From: Perkinsus olseni | Taxonomy: Eukaryota | DNA: 64,000 bases | Assembly: GCA_013115125.1 (NCBI GenBank) | Contig: JABANN010000117.1 | Location: 1-64,000, forward strand | Direction of reading: 5' to 3' | Shown here: positions 49,619 through 60,720 of the stretch, in pieces | Numbering within the stretch: position 1 is the stretch's first letter | How the letters are laid out: every line of letters begins with the position of its first letter | The notes under the pieces: model-generated | Told to the model about the DNA's origin: nothing | The model's input: the letters and a program-made list of their open reading frames with translations, nothing else | Databases searched by the model: none | Position numbers and translations under genes: made by a program

Positions 49619-51053
49619 ATGACTCCACACACGGTGCTTCTAGCGACTACCAAGCCCTTCGCGAAGGATGCAGTGGATGCCATTAAGCTCATTTGCGAGG
49701 AGCATGGCCTTTTGTTCGAGAAGCTAGAAGGGTAGTACCACAACATGACGTCATCCTAGCTGGCTTCGTCTCTCTCTGTCACATTTCATGGGTGCTACGA
49801 CGAGCTTAAGGATTATTGTTGGTATCCTTTGATCTGTAAGGTACAAGGATCGAGCAGAGCTTTATGAGGCAGTGGCTAGCGCCGAAGCCTGCATCGTCCG
49901 CAGTGACGTCTGCGATGAAGAATTTTTCTCCCACGCCAAGAAGTTGAAGGTTCTGGTCCGAGCTGGAGCGGGCGTGGACGCTATAGATTTGCCGGCCGCC
50001 ACCAATCACGGTAGTGCCAGTGGGTTCTCTGCCCAGGCCTTAGATCTCTTTGCTCAGGGGTGTGCGTACAGAACACTCCGGGACAGAATTCTAACGCTGT
50101 GGCGGAGCTGGCCTTTGGCATGTTGTTGGCCCATAAGAGAAATCACTTTGATGGTACCCTGGGAAAGGGCTCGTGGCTGATACTGATGATGATGGCGTTT
50201 TGCAGGCAACTCTGGTACGGAGATCAGAGGGAGCAGTCTGGGGCTCTATGGTTGCGGTAACGTCTCTAGGTTTATGATACTGGCAGCCCAGGGCTTTGGC
50301 ATGGACGTAGGTGCAGGGGAGAGGCTGATGGGATGTTAGTGATGTTACGCAGATATATGCGTTCGACCCGTTCCTTACTCCGGATCAGATAGCGGACCTG
50401 GGGGCTGAGCCTCTCTATGATGTGGGGACCTTCGGAGGCGGAGAAGGGAGGAATGGGTGGTGGTGGTGTTGTAGGTGCCTTCAATTTTTAAGTGTGATGT
50501 TGTGTCGCTCCACGTCCCGGCTACTCGTGAGACCAAACGTTCTATTGACGAGAAGCTGCTGAGGTCGATGCCGAAGGGAGGCATACTCATCAACACAGCG
50601 AGGAAAGATGTAGGCGGCGTTAACAGCAGCAGCAGCAGCAGCGACAGCAGCAGCTCAGTTTTGGGTCCACGTGCGGCAGATTATACAAGAGGCCGACTTG
50701 CTCCAGGCGTTGGCCGAGCGTCCGGACCTCAGTTATTTGGCAGATGATAAGCCGGATAACACGGAGGAGATTAAAGAGGCCCTTGGCGCGTCACGTGTTA
50801 AGAAACAAGTGAGTGGTGTCTTGGGCGAGGACTCCATGGTAGCGGCCTTGGTGTGGCAGTTTCTTGTTACTCCTAAAAAGATGGGCGCTCAGACCGCCCA
50901 GGCCAACAGCAATTCTGGCATAGCTGCGGCCAAGCAAATAGTAGAGTTTTTCAGAGGTGGCCTCGTGAAGCATCAGGTCGGTCGACACTCGAGCCTGATC
51001 CGGTTAGGATGGTTTGTCTCTGTCAGGTTAATATTAATGGTAAGCACTTCTGA
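49619..51053 (+). CDS. D-3-phosphoglycerate dehydrogenase, short lysine-type (type IIIK), about 9 exons
   Basis: VRAGAGVD, NTPGQNSNAVAEL, GLYGCGNV, SLHVPAT, INTAR and TPKKMGAQT; no C-terminal ACT domain. Confidence 0.9.
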
Positions 51054-51414
51054 GGCGGGCGGTCATACCGCCCTACCATGCCTGAGTTGTCGTTTGCACG
51101 TTTTTTGGGCTCGTGGCGGGCCCAGCCCTTTTTGTCTGGCTCTCGCCGGCCCAGTGCAGCCGACGGCTTGCATCTATCTAGGACTATTGGATATCGTTAA
51201 GAGCGCGGCGTACGGTAGACTTTCCGTAGTATTACCCTTGCTGTGTAGCGTTCGAAGTTGATTGTTAAAATGGGTTATGCGTGGATTAGGCTAAGACCTT
51301 GTCTTTATGAACCTGAAACCGCGGGCTCCCTCTGGACTGCCCCGTTTCGGATGATTCAGGAGTCGATGCCTCGCCTGCCGGGTTCGGCATTCTGTGCTAA
51401 GTTCAGTTGGTATT

Positions 51415-53126
51415 ATGTTTAGTACATTCAATGGCGAGAGTGAGGAGTTGCCGAACGACAACTACGACAGGCCGCTATCGGCCAGGCCGGACGCCCGGCC
51501 TCCCTACGTCATAGTAGTTCATAGCTGCAAAGGTGGCGTTGGCAAGAGCACGGTGGCCTTCAACCTCAGTCTGGCCTTAGCGGAGAGTGGACTTGACGTT
51601 GGTAAGTTTGGAACATATGCGTGGCTGGGTAGCTATCTCACTTGCTTTTGTGAGTCTTACCCGAAATTCCTGATTACCTCTATTGCCATTGGATACGTAG
51701 TTCATGTGTGTGGTGGTAGTAGAACAGCAGCGGCAGTAGTGGTCAGTGACAGATAACGATAGGGCAGCAGAGCGAACATAAGAGATTCATCTTCACTCTG
51801 CCTCAGAGGGCCTCTTGCTATCTAGCTACTCGTCAATGCATCAAGATTCTTTTCTCGGGGGCATTTAACGGTATTCAACAATTAGTACGGGATTTGGTAG
51901 TACACGCTCACAATTTACGCTGATGAAGTGTGAATTTCCTCCCATCGTGAAGTGTACTTTGAGAAGCATCGTAGTAGTGCTGCTGCCATGCTGAAGGCTC
52001 GATGCAGGTCTAGTCGACGCTGATGTCATGGGGCCTTCCTTGCCCGCCTTCGTCAAGCCGGAGGAGGGCCACGTGTATTTTTCTAAAAATGAGAAGTGGG
52101 CGCAGCCGATCAGGTGAGTGGCGTCAGGGCAGAATCCACTTGGATGAACTTCTCGAGGTTTTCAGATATCCAACCACCGCTGGCTCCCTACGGTGTCAGT
52201 CTTTTGGATGGCTCGACGTCCACAAAGTCGCTAAGCAGGGCGCCGGCCTGTCCGCACAAAGTGCTAAGGAAGTGGTGGCTATGATGTTGACGCAGACTGA
52301 CTATGGCAGTAGGGTCGCTCGTATGGCAGACCGAGCGCGGGACACGATCACTGTGCTTCAGATGTGAAATACTTGGTGGTTGACTGCCCGCCCGGTACGG
52401 GAGATATACCCAACCTTCTATTGGGTGGTGGTGTCCATCCCTCGTGCGCAGTGGTCGTAACGATGCCGCACAAGCTCTCCCTGATGGACACTAAGCTAGG
52501 CGTGGACAAGATCCGCAGGGATGGGGTAGTAGAAGGTCGCGAGATCCACTGCTCTCAGCGATTCATCAGCTTAGGTGACGATCGGGGCTATTGTCGAGAA
52601 CATGGCATACTTAGAATGCCCCGACTGCAGCAGAGTTATTCATCCATTTGGGGAGGCCGACCCTCGAGCAGCCTTAGGGCTCGGCGCCGGCGAGGTACGA
52701 CAATCTGCTGGGCTACTCGTGTCAACGCAGGCAAGGCAGTATTCTGTCTTGTGCAAGTTCATGTTACTAGCAGTTGAAGAAATCAGAGCATCGCAGCTCT
52801 CGGGTTTCGCTACTGGAAGAGTATATTTTTACAGTTGCCATTATTCGAGCCATTTGTTCCGCAACGGGTCGTGTCTTGACCGCTGATGATACGAGTATGG
52901 TCAGGTACCTGTGGTTGAGCTGCCCATAGAAGCCACATTGTCGACAAGTTTCACGGCTCCTCGAGATTCTCCCACCGGGCGCCGGTTCACGGAGCTCGCG
53001 AAGATCGTTGAAGCAGCCTGCGATGCATCAGGCGCCCCCCGCGGGGTCAAGGGCATCTACGACCGCCTGCCCATGGTGATTCAGGACTGGGGTACTTTCA
53101 TTGCGTGCCTCGCGGTCTCTATGTGA
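51415..53126 (+). CDS. Mrp/NBP35-family Fe-S cluster carrier ATPase, multi-exon; start uncertain
   Basis: VHSCKGGVGKST, DADVMGPSL, YLVVDCPPGTGD, VVVTMP and VENMAYLECPDC. Confidence 0.88.
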
Positions 53127-53490
53127 GCCTTTCTAGACGCTGTACAGTGCTCTCAACCAGCAATTTTTCTTCTAGTTTTTCTCAACTTTCTTGCATCTCG
53201 TGTCTGTTTTCTGGAGGCCTCTCCGATGATCGCAGTTCCCGTGTGTTGCTGTATTTCCGTGCTCTGTGTTTGTAACTTAATGGGAGATGGCGAGGAGTCT
53301 CCGCCAAACGTGTGGCTTCCGGATGCTACTCGTCGGCGCTGTGCCGGGGAACACTTAGCTTGAGGGATTCCTCTGCACGTCTTTCCCGAAGAGCATAGCA
53401 GACTCCAGTCCTTCTAACATGCTGTTAGAAGGACCATGCTGGAACATGCTTCTATCATTGCTGAACCCTTTCTGTGAAATAGTACTCTAG

Positions 53491-55893
53491 ATGGAACAAC
53501 GTTGGGAGAGGATCAGGCTGAAGGAGGTCATCACTTTTGCGCAGTCTTCGCGTTGTGTCTGCATGCCATCCGTATTGCCGTCCACGACTGGTGTCATCTT
53601 ACTCGCAGGGCTCTTCGCCGGGGGTGGCCTCTTCTACTCACTTCTCCCGGCTCCCCCATCAGGTCGTGGTGCTCCCGACACGATGCTACGCTACTCTGAA
53701 GTCGCCGGCCGGCCATACACTGTGACGTACGACTCTCGGGCCTTCAAGATCAACGGCGAGCGCACCTTGCTGTTGGGAGGGTCGATACACTATCCTCGTC
53801 TGGCCGTGGAAGAGTGGGACCCCATGCTTGAGGAGATGGCCCAAGACGGCCTGAATCACCTTCAGTTGTATGTGTTTTGGAATTTTCACGAACCCGAACC
53901 GCCGCGCTTTGACGACGTTGATCGCCGGTTCGTCCATAACTATGATTTTTCCGGTCGCGCGGACTTAGTCAGATTCATCCGAGCTGCGGGTGAGAAGGAC
54001 CTTTTCGTGAACCTTCGGATAGGTCCCTATGTCTGCGCGGAGTGGGCCTTTGGGGGCCTACCGTTGTGGCTTCGAGACGTGCCGGGGATGTGCTTTCGTT
54101 CGATCTGTGGTTATGACGGGTCGCCGGGGGAGTGCAAACCGTGGGAGGATGGCGACTTTTCCGGGTGTGACCCGTGGAGAGAGTACATGGCCGATTTTGT
54201 GATGGCTATTGGAAGGCTGGTCAAGGACGCGAAGCTGACCGCGGCACAAGGTGGGCCAGTTATCATGGCACAGCTGGAGAATGAGTATGGCGATGATACC
54301 GAGGCTGGAAGAGCGTACATAGACTGGGTGGGGGAGCTGTCCTTCGGATTGGGCTTGGACGTTCCTTGGGTCATGTGTAACGGCATGTCTGCTAATGGTA
54401 CGATAAATGTCTATAACGGTGATGACGGAGCGGAGGAGTACAAGGCGCGGCATGATGAGCGATGGCCGGATGAGCCACTGGGATGGACGGAGAACGAGGG
54501 TTGGTTCGACACGTGGGCTGGCAGCTTCGAGAACTCTCAGAGATCAGCGGAGGAAATGGCCTACGTCGTGGCGAGATGGGTGGCTGTTGGGGGTAGTCAT
54601 CATAACTACTACATGTGGTACGGCGGGAATCACGTCGGCCAGTGGGGTGCGGCCTCGTTGACCAATGCTTACGCGGACGGTGTGAACTTCAGAGCGGACG
54701 GACTGCCGAACGAGCCGAAGAGGTCCCATTTACGGCGCTTGAATGTAGTTCTAGGAGAGCTAAACGGGGAGCTTATGGAGGTCGAAGACCGCCATACGGT
54801 GCGACCCGTAAAGCTTGAACACGACGCAGAAGTTTTCGAATGGACCAGTCGGCTTGCCTTCCTCCATAGGCCAGCCTGTGGCGAGGGAGGGGCTGAGAAG
54901 GTCAGCTACAAGCAAGCCACTTATACGATTAAGTGCCGTGAGGTCCTTGTGGTGGACCCGTCAACGGCCATAGTACGTTTTGCGTCAGCCAGCGTTGGCC
55001 AGCCACCCGAGTTGATAACGAAGGTGCTTGCCAACTTGACGATGGAGCAGTGGAGCATGAGGAGAGAGATAGCTCGGCATGGCATGGCTGTCGTGAACGC
55101 TACGAAGCCTATTGACCATCTTAGTATCTCTGATCTGGACACTGATTATGTGACGTACAAGACGACAGTGGCTACGGACGGTGCCAACGGCAATGTCTCC
55201 CTCGAGATCGACTCTAGGGTATCCCAGGTCTTTCACGTTTCTACTGACGGTGGTAGCATTTTGACTGCAACAGTGATGAACCTGGAGAAGGGCAACACTC
55301 AGTGGAAGGCCACGGTCCCTCTGCCCGGTCTCGAGTCGAATCGGAGTTATGACCTGTGGATCCTATCGGAGTCCCTGGGTGTAGAGAATGGTATGCTCAG
55401 TGGCGCTCCGGCGAAGACAGAGCCGTCGCTGCAGAAGGGAATAGTCGGGGATGTCCGGTTAAACAACCAGTCGATAAAGGAGGGTGACTGGAGCATGGTG
55501 AAAGGCCTGGATGGGGAAGTCAACAACAGCCTCATGACGTCGGACACACCGTGTTGTAACTCGCTAGGCCCTGCTTGGTTCATGGCGGGTTTCACCATTG
55601 ACTCGGTGGGGTCCCCAGGCACGAGGTCGATCTCCCTCACTCTCCCACAAGGACTGCCTGACCAGGCTGGGGGCCACATCTGGCTCAACGGTGTGAATAT
55701 AGGAAGATGGCGCGCGGTCGGCTACCGTCAAGCGACTTACAGGCTGCCACCGGGTGTGCTTGTGAGTGGGGAAAATACTCTGGCGATCTTCAGTGCTACT
55801 GGTCATTGGGTGACCGCCCAGGGCAGCCCGCCAGCAGTGGTTGAGAAATTCTATCGGAGGGAGGAAGTTTTGTCGACTGAAGTGATGCTCTGA
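53491..55893 (+). CDS. Beta-galactosidase, glycoside hydrolase family 35, intronless, with N-terminal hydrophobic anchor
   Basis: GGSIHYPR, YVFWNFHEP, RIGPYVCAEWAFGGLPLWL, QLENEYG (acid/base), WTENEGWF (nucleophile), NYYMWYGG. Confidence 0.95.
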   Translation: MEQRWERIRLKEVITFAQSSRCVCMPSVLPSTTGVILLAGLFAGGGLFYSLLPAPPSGRGAPDTMLRYSEVAGRPYTVTYDSRAFKINGERTLLLGGSIHYPRLAVEEWDPMLEEMAQDGLNHLQLYVFWNFHEPEPPRFDDVDRRFVHNYDFSGRADLVRFIRAAGEKDLFVNLRIGPYVCAEWAFGGLPLWLRDVPGMCFRSICGYDGSPGECKPWEDGDFSGCDPWREYMADFVMAIGRLVKDAKLTAAQGGPVIMAQLENEYGDDTEAGRAYIDWVGELSFGLGLDVPWVMCNGMSANGTINVYNGDDGAEEYKARHDERWPDEPLGWTENEGWFDTWAGSFENSQRSAEEMAYVVARWVAVGGSHHNYYMWYGGNHVGQWGAASLTNAYADGVNFRADGLPNEPKRSHLRRLNVVLGELNGELMEVEDRHTVRPVKLEHDAEVFEWTSRLAFLHRPACGEGGAEKVSYKQATYTIKCREVLVVDPSTAIVRFASASVGQPPELITKVLANLTMEQWSMRREIARHGMAVVNATKPIDHLSISDLDTDYVTYKTTVATDGANGNVSLEIDSRVSQVFHVSTDGGSILTATVMNLEKGNTQWKATVPLPGLESNRSYDLWILSESLGVENGMLSGAPAKTEPSLQKGIVGDVRLNNQSIKEGDWSMVKGLDGEVNNSLMTSDTPCCNSLGPAWFMAGFTIDSVGSPGTRSISLTLPQGLPDQAGGHIWLNGVNIGRWRAVGYRQATYRLPPGVLVSGENTLAIFSATGHWVTAQGSPPAVVEKFYRREEVLSTEVML

Positions 55894-56571
55894 ACGGAGA
55901 TTTTTTGATCTGTAGGTGACAAGTGTCGATTATGGTCATACTAAGTTTCATGTTTTTATATAAGCTGAGGCTTGCTCTGTGTTAGCCAATGGACGGAGGT
56001 CAGCGTTGAGCCAGTTGAAATGTTTTCCTGCCGCTTCTGCAGTGAGTCTCCCTTCGCAAGGCTGTTCGGTGAGGACCCCTCATCTCAAGGTAGGCCAATT
56101 TTCGCCTGACCAGCATCCAAGTCTCGCTTGGTGCTCCTCAGCTTCCACCCCGCAGGGAGGGCAAGGCCGGGACTCGAGTGAGACAAGCAGTTTCTGTTGG
56201 TTGATGATGAGGCATGCTCTGTGTCAGGAGGGACGGCAGGCCGACAGACAAGGAGATCGCCGTCAAGTTTCGTTAGACGGAGTCCCGAAGAGATGAAACG
56301 CCTCGTAGCAAGTACGTATCATGGTCGCATATACCTTCGGATTCACAGGAGCCTGCTTCAGGCTGGGACCACTACGTCAGTTCCCGGGCTAGGGATTTCT
56401 TTGTTACCCGGGAGAAGCTCGAAGAAGTAGGCGAGGCGCGCACTGGCTTCGGTTTGAGCAGACCACTATGTCGTGCGTGCCAAGTTGCTATTCAAAATGT
56501 GAAAATATGGCGTCTGAATGAAGTTGGTATATTCAGTTCTCAAAATGACTTGTTCCTGCGCCAAGATGAAC

Positions 56572-58310
56572 ATGAAATGATATACCCTTTGATCACCGTT
56601 CAAGCCACAATGGAACCGTCGCACGGACCTACAGTATGCTTCGGTAGCGAGGCCATTCCTGCCTACGTCGCAGGCGGCCTTTGTGGAAAGATTTTAGCTT
56701 TTCCTTGTAAAATCTTAGGTGCTGATGATGATAGCGAAGAGTATTCACCATACGGAGGATCCTATTCTTGGGTGAGCATGAGACCACCGCTCGTGAAATT
56801 GAATTTGCTTAACTCCAGCGACGATAACTGCGTGTTCTGGTATGGGGAAGTCACTAAGGATGACAATCAGGCTGTCATCAGGGTGGGTATTTTTAGTTCG
56901 CATGCTAGTGTTGGCGATCCCGTTGCAGATGGTGAAGCCTACTGAGGACTCAGAGAGTTTGACCTACGTGAATAGAGTGATGGTGCTCATCTTCTCCTCG
57001 GACGAAGCCTTCCAGCACCTCATGACCCTCCCCAAGGCTCCCTTCAGGTAGCCGGTAGACATCATCGGCCCGCCCTCGAAGCGTCTACCTCCAGGATGGC
57101 ATGCGGCAATCAGCTGTGCGTGTCACTGCACCATGTGGCTCTGAATTAGTCAGCCCTGAGATGAGTCGCAGTGCTGCGTGAGCGTCTCGCTCGCGTCTGC
57201 GATATCCTTCGTGTTTCGAGTATCTCTCGGCCTCTCGTTTTCAAAGGGCGGACAAACCTTCGGCAGGATCCTCGCCTTCGTGCGTCCACTCGAGTGCCTG
57301 TCTATCGAGCAATCGAGAGCTAGCGCCGCTAACCGACCACCTCAAAATTCCCGCGCACGCAGCGTATTGAACTGCGTGGTAACAATTACTGGAGAGCCAT
57401 TCGAAACACTCACGTATCTGGCAATGCAGCTGTGCCCGGCGTTTCGATGGTCCATCATAGCACTTCCATCCCCCTCCTCCTTTTCACTCTCACATTGTGT
57501 GGATTGGGCCACTACAATGAGCCTATGGCGTATATTATCGGTGAAGGGACGCCAGCTGGGGCGGTGACCCTTGCCAAAGAGGATGAGGTCGATCTCTCTA
57601 CGGACTGCGGGAATCCCAGGTGAGCTGCGGCACTGCGACTACGCAGGATTATGGGGCCCAGCGAATATTGCCTCAATACTGATAGAAAAGTGGTAAAATG
57701 CAACTGCCCGTGCCACCACTCACCTAAGCCCAAATCGACCAGGAATCACCGTTCTAGAGACCAACCCTGGGCCCCAGGGTTGTGAAGGGAGGAGACCCCC
57801 GGGCCTGGGGTCTCCTCCCTTCACAACCACCGCTCGCAAGAAATATTTATTGCCTCGCAGGTGTCCATCGGTAGTCATCTTCGATGGTGAGCAGGAGGGC
57901 ACTCAAGAAATGGTCAACTGCTATGCCGGCCAGTTGTCGGTATCCCCAGCAGCTCCGGCCGGGGCTATCGAAACGCTAGCCAGATACACGTTTATCAACA
58001 AGAGCAAGCGTGACAACGGAATAATCGTCCAACACAAAGGGGGGCGGTTTGGCAGCAAATCCATACCGCAGTGAGCGAACACTGATACCTCGCAGGCCTG
58101 CTCATGGGCGCAGGTACGGCGTCGGCCAGTGCTTTTGCTTCGTTCGGACGCACGATGATGACCGGATCGAACAGGAAGGCTTCTCGGGTGAGGAATGTCC
58201 GGTAGTCAACGGAGCTGTCCACTTCTTCACTCACCCTGGCTCCCGCCATAGGGGGATTATTATCATCCTAAGGTTATTCAGCTGCAGACCAGATGGCATC
58301 CGATGATGGT
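56572..58310 (+). CDS. Hypothetical multi-exon gene
   Basis: Short + strand exon-like segments bounded by AG/GT (e.g. MVKPTEDSESLTYVNRVMVLIFSSDEAF, CPSVVIFDGEQEG). No motif; boundaries approximate. Confidence 0.35.
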
Positions 58311-58567
58311 TCAGTGAATGCCAGCGAGCCCACGCAAGACATTGTAAGCTCCCTCTTGCGTGCTCGTAACACCTGCAATTTCGTCGTTGATGGGCGCAGG
58401 TTGAAAGGGATGCACCTCCGACCTTCAAGGGCAGCGGCGGTATTCTGTTGTGCGGTTGACATACTCTCAATTGCTCTCCTCTCGTGTGGCACTGTGCGGT
58501 CGCCTTGAGTTGTTGCGAAGTACAGTGGTTTGGCAGCCTGCAGTATGTCATGGGACATTAAGAGTTT

Positions 58568-58614
58568 CCTGAGCCAAGCAGCAAGGCATTCAGCCTAAGC
58601 CAAGCAGCAAGGCA
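58568..58614. repeat. Short direct repeat, two copies of cct(g/a)agccaagcagcaaggca, 26 bp apart
   Basis: Read directly at 58568 and 58594. Confidence 0.8.
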
Positions 58615-58725
58615 GTTATCACCCCTAGCCGCACTAGCCCCAGTTCGGCTCACCCGACAGCTCAGTCGTGTCGCAGGGTCGACGTAGGCGACTTCGTTCG
58701 GGGGGGGGCGCATGGCAGCTCGACA

Positions 58726-58795
58726 TGTGAGACAAAACACATTTTACTCGATTACTGATCCTGAGGTTCAGTGATCGAGCAAATTTTGTCTCACA
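58726..58795. other. 70-nt imperfect inverted repeat (hairpin)
   Basis: tgtgagacaaaa/ttttgtctcaca form a 12-bp perfect outer stem; tttactcgattactga/tcagtgatcgagcaaa form the inner stem. Confidence 0.8.
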
Positions 58796-59325
58796 ACGCG
58801 GCATTTATTACTTGGCTGAGCTAACTTGGCTCCTCGGAAATAAGCCATGTTCAATATGCACTAGACTCTCTTCTCCCGCGCAACCATTTGGACTCTAGAC
58901 TCAGAAATCTTGGTCAAACCCAGGAAGGACTGAGATAGACCGAAAACCCACGTCGGCATGGGCAGCGCGAACACTGTGCAGTATCTTCATGCCTCTTTGG
59001 TTTCGTCCACACCTCGGTCCGCGCTCATCTTGAGCTCTCTGAAAAACTTCATTTCTGTGTGGAATAAAGTTGGTTCTCTTAGGGACCGTCAGGGGGTGGT
59101 TTGCACTCAGACACACTGAACGCGAGCCTCTCAACAGCGTTGCTACTTGTAAAAAGCGCGAGGCAGATTTGGAGGAGCGACATTCGTGATTGCATGTCAG
59201 ATGTCCTCTCTTACGTATGAAAGTCTCTGACTGTGCCCAGAGGGCCGCATGCTTCTCAGAGAAGCGGAAGGTAGGTAAACGATGCTTATAAAATTATCTA
59301 CCCGAAGCGAATTTAATTCGCCGAA

Positions 59326-60720
59326 TTATTCGCTTCCTCGGAGACCACGTGATCTCGACGGGAGCAAACTGACGGCATGCTGCACGAGCCTCAGTGCGTT
59401 GATAGCTCCGCCTCGAATGTGTTGAGGGAACACATCTGGGAGCTCAAGCCCGACAGGGTCTACGTTGGTCAACATGAGTTGCTTCACCATAGTCGGCTCA
59501 ATACCCATTGATAAGAGAATAGCAGCAAGACCGGCCACGATTGGTTGAGCAGCCGATGTGCCGCTGAATTTAATCAAATGGCCGTATTCGTCGCGGCCGG
59601 TGACGAGCTGCGTACCATAAGCCGCGACGTCGACCCTGTCACCATAGTTCGACTCGGTATTGAACACAGCTTCGGTCCTGTTGTCCCACATGTAATCAAA
59701 CAAGTAGGCGACGCAGATACCGCGTGGGCCACCGAACCAACAAGGATAAACGTCAGATGCTACTTTAAAGTCATTGCCGGCTGCGGATACGAGTATGATG
59801 CCATTCTCCTCCACAGCGTGTAGGGCGTTCCACAACAGATGCTGCTCGGCCAGGTCATGCGAACTCAGTTCAAAACCCAAAGATGCTGAGATGATATCGA
59901 CCTCGAGGTCAATGGCCATGTCAATGGCTTCCAGGAATCTCGATAGGAGCAAGCTGCCTTGGTCATCTATCACCTGCAGCGGCTGCAATATGGCATTAAG
60001 GGCCACTCCAACTACACCAACCGAGTTGTTACCCTTGGCGGCGAGAATCTTGCACACATTCGTGCCGTGGGCGCACACGTTAGTCAAAATTGACGAGTTG
60101 GTGACGAAGTTCCATCCACCGTCTATGAGGCGGCCACTCTTAGTCCTTAGTGTTCTTTTCAAGGGGGCGAAATCGGGGTCGTTCCAATCAATACCAGAGT
60201 CCAAGAGGGCTACCTTCACCTTCCTGGTTACATGAGGGAGAGCGAGTTGCCAGACTTCACCCATCTCCATCCACTTCAAATGCTCCTGGTACCTAGCATC
60301 GGGATCGTTCACGTGCAGATCGTGGTCGACTTGACCAAAGATTTTGCCCTCGACGTCCACAGCACATTCAGATTGCAATGGAAGCTTGTAGCTGCCCATA
60401 GTGATGAAGTGGCAGAGAGCATCGCTGTCGATGGTGAGGCTTGAAGTCTCTACCACTTGCGAATGGACATATTCGAGCGTCGTCATTCTAGCCGTTTCCA
60501 AGAATGAGGCAATCTCCCGGTCGGGTACATGACCGGCGTTCCTCAGCATCTGGGGCAACTGACGAACGTTTACATCAGTGGTGCCGGACTTGATGGATAC
60601 GATAGTGTTGCTCGGAGGAGCCGTGGCACTGACGAGGCTGACAAAACAGAGTGCGTATGGGATGCGCATTGGACAGGCGAAAAATCTGCGAAGTCCTGGG
60701 AAATAAGCTGTATACTCCAC
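59326..60720 (-). CDS. Subtilisin-like serine protease (S8), secreted, intronless
   Basis: Catalytic triad motifs VALLDSG, AHGTNV and SGTSAAQP; oxyanion AAGN; signal-like MRIPYALCFVSLVSA (probable true start ~60669). Confidence 0.95.
   Translation of the reverse strand: MEYTAYFPGLRRFFACPMRIPYALCFVSLVSATAPPSNTIVSIKSGTTDVNVRQLPQMLRNAGHVPDREIASFLETARMTTLEYVHSQVVETSSLTIDSDALCHFITMGSYKLPLQSECAVDVEGKIFGQVDHDLHVNDPDARYQEHLKWMEMGEVWQLALPHVTRKVKVALLDSGIDWNDPDFAPLKRTLRTKSGRLIDGGWNFVTNSSILTNVCAHGTNVCKILAAKGNNSVGVVGVALNAILQPLQVIDDQGSLLLSRFLEAIDMAIDLEVDIISASLGFELSSHDLAEQHLLWNALHAVEENGIILVSAAGNDFKVASDVYPCWFGGPRGICVAYLFDYMWDNRTEAVFNTESNYGDRVDVAAYGTQLVTGRDEYGHLIKFSGTSAAQPIVAGLAAILLSMGIEPTMVKQLMLTNVDPVGLELPDVFPQHIRGGAINALRLVQHAVSLLPSRSRGLRGSE

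Noticed and set aside
50623-50655. (CAG)n tract as coding poly-Ser/Gln in PGDH
   Set aside because: Lies inside the intron between INTARKD and IIQEAD; an ordinary microsatellite.
51920-51993. Box C/D snoRNA in the long Mrp intron (ctgatga...ctga)
   Set aside because: Box C is imperfect, there is no terminal stem, and no convincing rRNA-complementary guide was found by eye.
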